From Octopus bimaculoides (taxonomy: Eukaryota), in the NCBI RefSeq assembly GCF_001194135.2, contig NC_068982.1, positions 7,717,869 through 7,755,954 on the forward strand: a stretch of DNA of 38,086 bases. Direction: 5' to 3'. Of this stretch, positions 11,777-22,569 are shown one piece after another. Each line of letters opens with the position of its first letter. Position 1 is the first letter of the stretch. Both the position numbers and the translations under genes were made by a program. Under the pieces are notes generated by a model. That model made no database searches and had not been told where the DNA came from. It was given only the letters and a program-made list of their open reading frames with translations.

Positions 11777-12134
11777 CTGCAAAAGAAAATATAATAGTCA
11801 GGTTCACTACAGTTTTATTTTTTAAGAGAAAATTCCAGGGGTTAAAAAAGGAGACATTGTTGTGTGTTAGCAGTGGAGAATTAGAAGCGAAATAAATGGC
11901 AAATGTGAGATGGGGCGAGTTTATTAGTTAGAAGAGGGAGATTCTGTACAGTTGGTATGAGAGTGATGGAAACATTCTTCAAAATACATTAGTGTAGAGG
12001 ATAAATAATTACTTCTAATTTTAACTCAATGTCAAACTTGGGGATAGGGTTATTGATAGAAAACTATAAGATGTAAATTAGAAAATTACTATTTGTAAAT
12101 CTCACGAGAGATATTCAGCAACAGTACTTTGGAG

Positions 12135-12291
12135 TAAAGATAATTTGCCAACATAACATGGCAACATGTTCAAACAATAAGGACACAGATCATGTCATAT
12201 AGCCATCTGGAGACGATGTCTCCTGGGGCTAAATTGCAGCAACAATTGTCCTAACCCAAGACTGCCATGTTATGTTGGCAAATTATCTTTA
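12135..12291. mobile_element. MITE with perfect 29-bp inverted termini including TA at both ends (Tc1/mariner-like TA target)
   Basis: taaagataatttgccaacataacatggca (12135-12163) is the exact reverse complement of 12263-12291. Confidence 0.8.
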
Positions 12292-12454
12292 TAAGATGTA
12301 AGTCACAAGAATTATGAATGCATATTTAATATCTTAAACATAATCGTATACAAATGTATAAATTTGTTTCCCTTCTTATTTAATTTTAGTTCTTGTACCT
12401 ATCACATGAGATAAATAAATATTGGAGAAAAATATAAAATTATCTTAATTATAC

Positions 12455-12607
12455 CTTCACAGGGCTGTACTTCACAAGTTTTTCTCTCATTAATTGGGTC
12501 TACATCACAATTGTTTTTATCCATGCTCTGTCGCTGTCTTGTTTGAATACCAGGGCCACAACTCGCACTGCAACTCGACCAGAATGACCATGGTGTATAT
12601 GTACAAC
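12455..12607 (-). CDS. Exon 12: TSR (spondin-type) CTYTPWSFWSSCSASCGPGIQTRQR...CEVQPCE
   Basis: 153 nt, phase 1-1, ccttaag / g|gtataa, 6 Cys. Not in the ORF track. Confidence 0.93.
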
Positions 12608-13310
12608 CTTAAGGTAGGCAATAATAGTTAATGATGTTAATAGTTTTCAAATTAGAAATGATTATTAGATGAAACTTGAAAAAAAAAATTAATATAAATG
12701 TCACAATTCAGACATGCATAGAATTTACATTTTACTAATAACATCAGAATCATTATTCAGGAATTTCTAAAAACTTTAAACTTGAAATAAACAGATTAAA
12801 ATGCTTTATAACACAACCAACTCATATTTATGAAATTTTACAAATCTTAACTTATTTGGCAATTTTAAAAGTTTCTTCAAACCAGTTTAGTTATTTTACA
12901 TAGTTGTTAAGAGATGATGTATTGAATATTGTTTGCAAAAGTATCTTAACTAAAATTTCCAACTTAATTGGAGAGAAGAAGTAAAAAAGGAACCAGTAAT
13001 AATTGTTAGAGAATAACAAAGAAAAGGAACGATAATTTTTAGAAATTAAGAAATGATCTCTCAAAGTTATGTGCTTGGGGAAAAGTCTGATCTTTGTTTA
13101 CTGGCAAGAGACAACTATGATCATGTTTTGCTCTATAAGACCTCATCAGCTTACTTGATCAGTTGACAAAGAGACATTGTATGCTAGACCATTAAAAGAA
13201 AATCAAACATCAAACCAATTATGGTTACTAATGATAGAGTATAAAAACAAAATAAATCTAATTCAGAAAAAAAATGTGAGGGAATATTTAATATATATAA
13301 GTAAATTACA

Positions 13311-13685
13311 GGCACAGGAGTGGTTGTGTGATAAGAAGCTTGCTTCCCAACCACATGGCTCTATGTTCAGTCCCATTGCATGGCACCTTGGGCAAGTGTC
13401 TTCTACTATAGCCTCGGGCCGACTAAAGCCTTGGGAGTGGATTTGGTAGACGGAAACTGAAAGAATCCCATCATATATATGTGTGGCTGTGTTTGTCCCC
13501 CACCATCACTTGACAACCGATGTTCGTGTGTTTATGTTCCCATAACTTAGCAGTTCAGTAAAATTGACCGATAGAATAAGTACAAGGCTTACAAAGAATA
13601 AGTTCTGGGGTTGATTTGTTCAACTAAAGGCAGAGCTTCAGCATGGCCACAGTCAAATGACTGAAAACAAGCAAAAGAATAAAAA
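13311..13685 (+). mobile_element. Near full-length tRNA-headed SINE
   Basis: A-box-like tggttgtgtgataag and B-box-like gttcagtccc head, central ggcaccttgggcaagtgtcttctactatagcc, tail ending aaaagaataaaa. Fragments recur at 783-922, 7372-7754, 27668-27880 and 29628-29775. Confidence 0.8.
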
Positions 13686-13720
13686 AAAACATAAGTAAAT
13701 ATATGAAACATTCTACTTAC

Positions 13721-13891
13721 AAAATTCTTGTTCATTACAAGGCTTCACTTCAACTGCATCACCAGAGCATTTATCTCCTCCACAACGAGGCAGTGGATTT
13801 GAGCAAAATCTGGTTCTGGATCTTAATCCTCCAGGTTGACAAGAACGACTGCATTCTGTCCATTGTGTCCATTCAGTCCAGTTAGCATGGA
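13721..13891 (-). CDS. Exon 11: TSR (thrombospondin-type) VHANWTEWTQWTECSRSCQPGGLRSRTRFCSNPLPRCGGDKCSG...EQEF(C)
   Basis: Classic TSR motif, 171 nt, phase 1-1, ggttttag / t|gtaagt. Confidence 0.96.
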
Positions 13892-14036
13892 CTAAAACCA
13901 TAGGAGATATTTTAAATCAGGATCTTTTTATATGTGACAATAATAATGTGATTAAAATTATCCAGAAAATTCATCTAATTCAGGTGGAAATTACTTTATC
14001 ATTTTTAACTAAAGATTAAAAACAGTTTTAACTTAC

Positions 14037-14086
14037 CAATAGCATTTGGTTGTGGACGACACATTTCTCTGTAATTCTCACAAATA
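14037..14086 (-). CDS. Exon 10: 50-nt exon (C)ICENYREMCRPQPNAI
   Basis: tttattctag / g|gtaagt, phase 2 to 1. Confidence 0.87.
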
Positions 14087-14408
14087 CTAGAATAAATAAA
14101 TGGAAACTACATTGATTACAAAAGAAAATTAAGAGAGTAATTTAGCATTAATTAAAGCATATGCTAGATTTTCTTATTTAAAAACTTAATAATTTTTAAA
14201 ATTACTAAATAGATAATCAGGTAATCCACAAGGGAGTCATACCCAACGATTGGTGTAGCAGCATCATAGTCAACTGCTACAAAGGTAAAAGTGATGCCTT
14301 AGACAGAAATAACGACAGAAGATAAATCTTCTTTATCCCCTCTGTGCCACTTATGCCCCCCTCCCCCTTTCCAGTTAGAAGGCCATCTCCTTCTCTCACT
14401 TTCACTGC

Positions 14409-14439
<31 letters not shown>

Positions 14440-14643
14440 GCACTCACTCTCTCTTTCTCTCATACACACACACACTCTCTCTCTCTCTCTCTCTGACCGT
14501 CTCTCTCTTTCCCCCACCTCCCTCTACTTTCTTGTCCCATTGGGGTAGCCAAGTATCCTCTGAAGTAAGACATCTATTCCTGACCTTCCAACATACTCCA
14601 ATCTCTTACCTGGTACATGCCCACCTCTCTCAGTTTCTTTCTC

Positions 14644-14674
<31 letters not shown>

Positions 14675-15234
14675 GAGTGGATGTTTGGCTTCATTCTTTT
14701 CCATGATTGCCAAAACCAAATATATTTTTTAAAGAATTTTTGTGCTTCAGATTGAAATTTTGTGGTTGAATAATAGATTTATATTTAGTTTCCACATTCA
14801 GTAAAATATGGATGGGAGTTAAATGATTGCTAGTACCATCAAGCTTTTGGCAATGAATTGCAGAACTGATTATCAAATAATTCAATGTAGTCTAGTCTAT
14901 CAATAAGATACCAAGCTACAACAATTCACTTCACAGCTAATTTCCCCAGAAGCAAACAGAGATTAATGTCTTAAAGACACAAAGTAGTAACTACAGCATA
15001 GACTAAAAATATAGTATCTTTACAATACATCTTCATAAACTGAATTCTCTAAGAGAATATTAATTTACTTTTCTACTGATTTCATAGATGAGTAAATGAA
15101 TATACAGAACAGTTAAATCAATCTGATATTTCCATTGCGACCAAGAAAGATTTGGAGAGAGGTGGATATGATCAAGTGTAAGACTAACTGCCATGTATTT
15201 AGCTACATCTTATATTGAGTTCAAACCCCCACTG

Positions 15235-15960
15235 ACATCATTGTCATTGTCATTTAACATCCATTTTCCATGCTGGCATGGGTTGGACAGTTTGACTGAG
15301 GTCTGGAGAGCCAGCGGCTGCACCAGGCTCCAATCTGATCTGGCAATGCTTCTACAGCTGGATGCACTTTTTACATGCCACTGGCACAGGAGCTGGTCAG
15401 GCAGGCCTGGCATTGATCACATTTGGATAGTACTTTCTATGTGCCACTGGCACAGAAGCCAGTCAGGCGGAAGTGGCATCGACCACATTCAAATGGTGTT
15501 TTGTACGTGCCCCTGGCACAGGAGCCAGCCAGGGAACACTGGCATCAACCACGTTCAGATGATGCATTTCACGTACCACCAGAACGGAAGACAGTCAGGG
15601 AGTACTGGCATTGGCCACATTCGGACAGTACTTTTATGTACCACTGGCACCCGTGATATGATATACTTGATATGATATACTTGAAAAGACCTGGTGAGTC
15701 AAGTAAAACCAAAATTGCAGCTGTGGCCAGTGCNNNNNNNNNNATGCCACCGGAACATGAGCCAGTCAGCGGGCACTGGCCACAGCTGCAATTTTGGTTT
15801 TACTTGACTCACCAGGTCTTTTCAAGTATATCATATCACCCGATGCCTCAAGGGTCCTCTTAAATGGGTCGGACATGCAACACTGGCATCAGCCACGGCT
15901 GCGATCTCACGTTAGTTGCTGGGTCTTCTCAATCACAGCATATCTCCAAAAGTCTCAGTC
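15235..15960 (-). mobile_element. RTE 3'-UTR-type copy with internal 66-bp tandem array; spans a 10-N gap
   Basis: Shared core at 15250-15370, then units starting at 15376, 15442, 15508, 15574 and 15639. Confidence 0.78.
15734..15743. other. Assembly gap (10 N)
   Basis: N run flanked by a perfect 66-bp inverted duplication. Confidence 0.99.
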
Positions 15961-16391
15961 TCCTATTCATGAGTTCTTAACGGTTAATTAAACTAATAAC
16001 AGTAATGTAATTACATTAATTAGATTGCTTATAGCCAATTCCTACAACAAAATTGGAGTAGAACCGAAGTATTAAAAAATTAGGTGCAAATTATTCTCAG
16101 TTAAATAAATACAATGTGAACCAAATTTAAAGTTAGGAAACATTGTCACCATATCAAGCCACAAGTACTTTCTAAAGCTCTTTTTTTTTTACCAAAATAG
16201 AAAAAGAAGGGGCCTACAAATTAAAAATATGTCAGTTGACAGAAAGTTTAAAGGAATGAATACTATAGCCCAGGGTAAAACAAGATGATAGTGGGGAGTT
16301 CCATAGAGTAGCAGTTTGAGGAATAAAAGCACTTATTACTAACAGGACGCTCAACAAAGAAACAATGTGTTTGGGAAGAGAAATGAGTGAT

Positions 16392-16643
16392 ATATATTTC
16401 TTTATTACACATAAGGGGCTAAACATAGAGGAGACAAACATGGACAGACAAAGGGATTAAGTCGATTACATTGACCCCAGTGCGTAACTGGTACTTTATT
16501 TATCAACCCCGTAAGGATGAAAGGCAAAGTCGACCTTGGCAGAATTTGAACTCAGAACGTAACAGCAGACGAAATATTGCTAAGCATTTCACCCGGCACA
16601 CTAACGTTTCTGCCAACTCGCCGCTCAAAGGCGGAGAGCTGGC
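16392..16643 (-). mobile_element. Second tRNA-headed SINE family, inserted in the LINE with a 13-bp TSD
   Basis: Head ggcgagttggcagaaacgttag...gttctgagttcaaattc on the minus strand. Direct repeat agaaatgagtgat at 16379-16391 and 16644-16656. Confidence 0.78.
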
Positions 16644-17551
16644 AGAAATGAGTGATGTATTTAAAGGTCTTAACAGAGGATACTAAACCAGAAAATTCAT
16701 CAGAGCAGTGACCCCCATGGAAATACTTCTAAAAAAGACACAGCAAAGATACATTTCAATAATGAACCAAAGATTCCAACCTCGTAGAAAGAAGAAGACC
16801 TATCATGTTAACTTCATTTGGAATTTGATGAAGCAAGTTAGGACGCCCAGAAGAGTTCCCAAAAGGACAGCAAAATTCAATGCAAAGCCAATTGGTGGAT
16901 TTATAGAGATATAAGATATTTTCAGAGATAAGAAATCTGCAAGCTGGAAGAAAGTTCTCCCCTTCTTGGCAGTCAACATCTCGAAAGACTGAACATACTT
17001 GTTCTAAGAGAGATCTTTTGGTCAAAGTCAAACCAAGATGTTGGATACTGTAGCTTTCTAGAATATCATCCCTTCCTATAATGATTACCAAAAGCTTTGT
17101 CTTGCCAGCATTAAAAGTTACCAGCCAGTTGCTAACCAATTCCACGACCATGCAAACATTCACCTTAAGAAAGAAAGCTTGGTCAAGGCAGTTAGTTTTA
17201 ACCGGCTGCTGGCCATCTAGGACCACCTTGATTAGTCAATTTGAAAGAAATGACTTTATGTTAAGAACAGGCCCAGACAGATGACGGCTTCTGAGCTTAG
17301 AGATTAGACCAGGATGCCACACTCTCAACCGCCTTTGAAATATCAAAAGAGATAGCCCTAACTTCAACAGAAGAGCTAAGTGAATGATAGAAATGTTTAG
17401 CTATGACAGTAAGAACATTAGCAGTAGACCCAGATGCATGAAAACTATATTGAAAATCAGGGAAAAGATCGAAAGAGTCAAAGTGTTTGAACAAAGTCAC
17501 CTTAACAATAGACCTTAACAAAAGACATTGATAACCACAGGAAGAAGACTT

Positions 17552-18272
17552 CATCATCATCATCGTTGTTTAACGTCCGCTTTCCATGCTAGTATGGGTT
17601 GGACGATTTGACTGAGGACTGGTGCAACCAGATGGCTACACCAGGCTCCAATCTGATTTGGCAGAGTTTCTCCGGCTGGATGCCCTTCCTAACGCCAACC
17701 ACTCCGAGAGTGTAGTGGGTGCTTTTACGTGCCACTGGCATGAAGGCCAGTCAGGCGGTACTGGCAACAACCACGCTCAAAATGGTGTATTTTATGTGCC
17801 ACCTGCGCAGGAGTCAGTTCAGCAGCACTGGCAACGATCTCGCTCGAATCTCCTTACACGTGCCATCTGGCACAAGTGCCAGGAAGGCGATGACGGGCAC
17901 AGGTGCCATGACGGTTTCGCTTTCGCTTGCCCCAATAGGTCTTCACAAGCCAAGTATCATTTCCAATGAAGGAGACAACGTTGGCATGGGTGCCAGTCAT
18001 CGAATTTAATTCGATTTCCATTTCACTTGCCTGAACAGGTCTTCGCAAGCGGAGTTTAGTGTCCAATGAAGGAAGGTATGTATAAGTGGGCTGGCTGAGG
18101 CCTTCAATTTAGGTCTCATTTGGCTTGCCGGGTCTTCTCACGCACAGCATATTTCCAAAGGTCTCGTTCAGAAGTCATCGCCTCAGTGAGGCATAATGTT
18201 CAAAGGTCGTGCCTCACCACCTCATTCCAGGTCTTCCTGGGCCTACCTCTTCCACAGGTTCCCTCAACTGCT
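17552..18272 (-). mobile_element. 5'-truncated RTE-clade LINE (ORF end plus 3' UTR plus (GAT)n tail) nested in the older LINE
   Basis: Translates EGTCGRGRPRKTWNEVVRHDL...DLWKYAVREKTR and is flanked by the direct repeat agactt (17546-17551 and 18273-18278). Confidence 0.85.
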
Positions 18273-19928
18273 AGACTTATAGGATGATAATTGTGCAAGT
18301 CTGATATTTCCCGACCAGACAAAAGTTGTTCAACAATCCCAAAAGAAGTGGGGATAGTTCAGGGTTACATCACTGGAAAACAAGTGGTATGACACCAGGA
18401 CTAGAAACCCTGGTTGGATCCGGTTTCACAATCATAGCTGCAACCCTTTTCACTGTTACATGAAAGAGTCCTCACTCAGGCAGCAGATGATCTGTGTCAT
18501 CTACAATAGAATTAGCAGACAGCTACCAAGCAAACAGCTCAGCTCTGTCCTTCAAAGTCAAAAGAACTTCTGGCCTATGATAAAGAGAAGGAGCAGACGA
18601 TCTACCCTTGTTGAGAACATTGTTGTAAATTCCCTAGAAGTCCTGAGATTCAAGTTTTTGTGAAGCAAGATGGTCATTAGTGTACTGGATGTACACAAAC
18701 TTTGCAACATTCATGACTCTCCTGTACTCATTGTGAGCAGTTCAAGAATTCTGCTTGCTCTCATTAATCTTCTCCCACTGATGAACAGGGAAGAAATTAT
18801 TCTTGTGAAGAAGAGCTGCTAAACATGCAGAAGGGAACCAAGAAGAGCAAAGCCTCATCTGCAATTTGCAAGACGGAATGATAAACAAAATGCCAGCTTG
18901 AATCTACAGAGCAAACCCAAACGCACACTCCTTGAGTTCAAACAACTCATTCCACGGAGGACCTTGGAGGAAATCTCTGAAGCTGTCAAGTAACACCATT
19001 CAGAGCTGGACAACGTTCTGTAAAAAGGGGAAACATCAACTAACTTCTTGCTAAGAGCAATATCCAGCCATACAATGCCATAATCGGAATTACCAAGTGG
19101 AGACAAGGAGGAAGTCTTACAAATAGCAGGATTGGAGGACAGAAAAAATCAGTAAAGTTGGAGTTAGACCATCACAATCAGGAAAGCAAATGAGGTCAAC
19201 TGTTTAAGTGAGTCTCTGAGAAACAGGAAAATTGAAGACGTTGATACCAGCAGCATCAGTACCTGGAGAATGTTTAAGCGATGCTGAATAATCAAATTAA
19301 AATCACCAAATACAAATACAATGAATGAAGGGTGGAGAGAAAGAACAGTGTCAAAACTTGTTGAGAAGATTTATAATAGAGCAGTTCTGAGACAAATGAA
19401 AGTGATAAAGAAAATGCAAATATGAATTTGAATGGAAAAAGGAGTGTCAGGAGTGACAACCTGCCAGTCTTTCATACATGGGTAGGAGAGACTGGCAGGT
19501 TGTCACAAATGTAAACTGTGAGACTATGCTTAGAGGTAAAAGAATTTGTAGGGTTGGAAAATGACTGTAAATGCTGAATTCACTCTCCAAAATTGAAGTT
19601 TGGTAGTGAATCATCATCACATGTCATCTGGTCACAAACACATCATATAGCGACAATAGAATGCTGTATCACCAACAATAATGTGATTTCTCTAAGACAT
19701 CACCCAATAATTTATCAAGTCCATTTACACATTTCTCAATGCATATTGCTGTTATGACTTCTCTCCCTCATGTTATGCCTCCATCGTTGATGGGTAGATT
19801 TCCCAGTACAAAAGAATAAGAGAATAGTTTCAACCAAACAAAAAGCATCAATTAACCTTTACAAACTTAATGCTTATACCTCAATTAACACTTTCATTAA
19901 AATAATATTCAAAATATATATATAAAGA

Positions 19929-20152
19929 TTAACCTTTTAGCATTCAGATTATTGTCAACTGTAACATTTATTCATATTGGTTTGAATTAATTATGCATTA
20001 TCTCATAGATTTGCGATTTCAGTGATGTGACTGATTTATTTTTGGGGAGGACATTGTAGGACAAGTGTGAAATGACAGATCTGATTGGTTTGAACATAAA
20101 ACAGGAAGAATATTTGAGCCAGATATGACCAGTTTAAATGTTAAAGAGTTAA
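19929..20152. mobile_element. TTAA-flanked MITE (piggyBac-like)
   Basis: ttaaccttttagcatt ... aatgttaaagagttaa imperfect TIRs with TTAA at both ends. Confidence 0.6.
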
Positions 20153-20182
20153 ACAATTTACATGAATTTTCAATTTTCTTAC

Positions 20183-20332
20183 CAAATCTCGCAGGCAGAT
20201 TCCCGGATGATGTCATCATTATTATAGCCAAGATCATTTACTATGCAATCAAACGGACAATTTCCCAAGGTACATGTTTCATTTTGAATTAAATATTCAC
20301 TACTGCATCTATTTCCTGAAGTTAACAATTTT
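20183..20332 (-). CDS. Exon 9: C-half of TSR plus start of half-VWC, KLLTSGNRCSSEYLIQNETCTLGNCPFDC...SACEI(C)
   Basis: aatttcag / tg|gtaaga, 150 nt, phase 2-2, open frame that completes the TSR cysteines. Confidence 0.9.
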
Positions 20333-20501
20333 CTGAAATTGGAAAAGAATACAATCCATATTTCTTGTATTTCAAAGCATCATTCTAAAATGTATTTATC
20401 TCTAAATAATGTCCAGACTTAATTTCACACTCAGGTAAGATTAATTATTTAGTGCTCCTCAAGTTAATCTAAAATTAAAATTAGTCAAACTTGAACCTCA
20501 C

Positions 20502-20577
20502 CTGTATCGATGCTTCACACCTACTCCACATGTCTGACTGCAGGATCCCCAGCTTGTCCATTCAGCATATTTACAAC
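20502..20577 (-). CDS. Exon 8: N-half of TSR, CKYAEWTSWGSCSQTCGVGVKHRY(R)
   Basis: gttattag / ag|gtgagg, 76 nt, phase 1 to 2. Confidence 0.93.
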
Positions 20578-20678
20578 CTAATAACATATATATACATAAA
20601 TAATTAATATATTAGACTAATAGGTATACGTCTATTAGTGTGTTTAAATGTTGAGTAGAGCACCAGCACAGTTTAGGC

Positions 20679-20963
20679 CAGGGGTTTTCAAACTTTTTGA
20701 CTTGCGAACCCCTTTATATTTCAGGCTTTACCTTATGAACGCTTATGAAATTTATACATAAATATTTGCTTAAAATAACATATATTTTTACATTTATTTA
20801 TTTAACAGTATTTAACAAATAGGTTTATGGTCAATTAAAAGATTTCGATTAAAAAACATATATAAAATCAAATTGCCCATAAAAAGTATTTGCTGTCCAC
20901 GGACCCCCTGTCTTGTCCTTGCGGACCCCCTGTGGCCCGCGGACCACAGTTTGAAAACCCCTG
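20679..20963. mobile_element. hAT-type MITE, 285 bp, perfect 16-bp TIRs and perfect 8-bp TSD
   Basis: TIR caggggttttcaaact / agtttgaaaacccctg. TSD gtttaggc at 20671-20678 and 20964-20971. Confidence 0.92.
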
Positions 20964-21101
20964 GTTTAGGCTACCTCCTGTCTTCCACAGTCATGGTACA
21001 CTTCTGTTGGATCTACTTCAGGAACTCTGCAGTGACAGTTAGGGTAATTTTATTAATTAAGTCACAAGAAGATGGATTTGGTATTAAACTTTAATATATC
21101 T

Positions 21102-21103
<2 letters not shown>

Positions 21104-21151
<48 letters not shown>
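21104..21151. repeat. (TG)n microsatellite
   Basis: Direct reading. A (CA)n run also lies at about 34420-34473. Confidence 0.95.
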
Positions 21152-21153
<2 letters not shown>

Positions 21154-21631
21154 CTGTCTGTCTGTCTGTCACTATGTATATGTATATACACAAAACTGTT
21201 TAAGTTTTTATTTTCCTGTTTTTCCTATTTTTTCTTCTTTTCATCTTCTACTTTCTTTTTCCTCTAGGCAGTTATGAAAGCGAAGACTGATTAGGTCATT
21301 TTATCTAAATAGGAATGCTAGATTTCCACATTCATATCTGAATGTTTTTGCGTTTCTGCAGTCTTGTTTGCATTTTATTCATTCCCTAACTAGATGGGCA
21401 TATAACAACATGGCAGCTGACACTCAAGATCTTTAATGAGATATAACTTTATTGATGTACCTGATGAGATCCAGACTGCAAAATCAATGCAACACAACAC
21501 GTTGAACAGAGTCCCATACATAAACGACAATAGCAGGACAGGTTGAAACGAACATTGTACAGAATAAAGATTAATATCAAATCCATCTTCACGTTACTTA
21601 ATTAATAAAATATATATATGTGTGTATATGT

Positions 21632-21925
21632 ATATCATCATCATCACCATCCTTTAATATCCACTTTCCATGCTGACATGGGTTGGATGGTTTGACTAAG
21701 GACTGGCAAGCCAGGAGGCTGAACCGGGCTCCAATCTGATTTGGCAAGGTTTCTACAGCTGGATGCCCAACCACTCCAAGAATGTAGTGGGTGCTTTGTA
21801 CATGACACCAGTATGGGAGCCAGTCAGGTAGCACTGGCATTGGCCATGCTTGAATGGAGCTTTTTACGTGCCAGTCAGGTGGTACTGACATTGGCCACAC
21901 TCGAATGGTGTTTTTTACATGCCAC
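21632..21925 (-). mobile_element. RTE 3'-UTR-type repeat copy
   Basis: (CAT)n head, shared core and about two 66-bp-type units. Confidence 0.78.
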
Positions 21926-22406
21926 CAGCACAATATATATTAATATAATATATGTATATAAATACACTCATGTATTTATATACATATACAATCACAAAAA
22001 CATTCCCAGACCAGGTGGCACATTGTATTCTTGAGCAAAACACTTCATTTCATTGTTCCTGTCTGCTCAGCTGTAAATGGGTAACACTGATGAAATAGCC
22101 TTCTGATCCAGCAAAGTGGCATCGTTCAAAAGCTAAAGGTGAAGTGCCTTATAACCAATGATGTATAACAACACCCAACATGATATAATATATGCATGAA
22201 AATATACACCAGTGTGTGTGTTAATTTTTTTTTTTTCATTTCTGTTAAAAACAGAGATATGAAATATTTTCAAAGTAGTTTCTAAATCTGTGAGAATAAT
22301 ATAATTCTTTCAAACAATATATAAAACCCAATTTATATTTAAAACTGTTTGCCATTTCACCTGAAATTTAGAATAAAGTTTCAACAAAGCAGTTTCAATA
22401 GTTTCA

Positions 22407-22569
22407 TTAACCTTTTTGATACCAACAAACCTTACTTGCAATTCATGTTCCTAACAATAGCTTAATGATAACTAAGTTATTTTACTAAATTCTTTGTTAT
22501 ATTTAAAATTGATTGAATTGAAAGAAACACAAAAGCATCTCAATAGAAATATGGTAACAAAGGGGTTAA
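22407..22569. mobile_element. TTAA-flanked MITE (piggyBac-like)
   Basis: ttaacctttttgatacca ... tggtaacaaaggggttaa, 16 of 18 complementary. Confidence 0.65.

Larger units (their letters stand above)
16181..19600 (-). mobile_element. Decayed non-LTR retrotransposon (APE endonuclease plus RT; CR1/L2/Jockey-group, clade uncertain), split by nested insertions
   Basis: FGDFN at 19307-19296, SPLGNSDY, NYHPISLLP (split by the RTE insert), QYSF..S.ST and AISFDISKA, WLVTFNAGKT, ILYLYKS, FIPQTATLWNS near 16300, oligo(A) at 16190-16181. Many stops and frameshifts. Confidence 0.88.

Noticed and set aside
15193-15675. 160-aa plus-strand ORF with repeated CHWHR..GIDH motifs
   Set aside because: It is the antisense reading of the 66-bp (multiple of 3) tandem array in an RTE 3' UTR, with no splice or domain support.
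15668-15838. Perfect 66-bp inverted repeat (15668-15733 and 15773-15838)
   Set aside because: It brackets a 10-N contig join inside a high-copy repeat, so it is most likely an assembly artefact. Long reads would be needed to rescue it.
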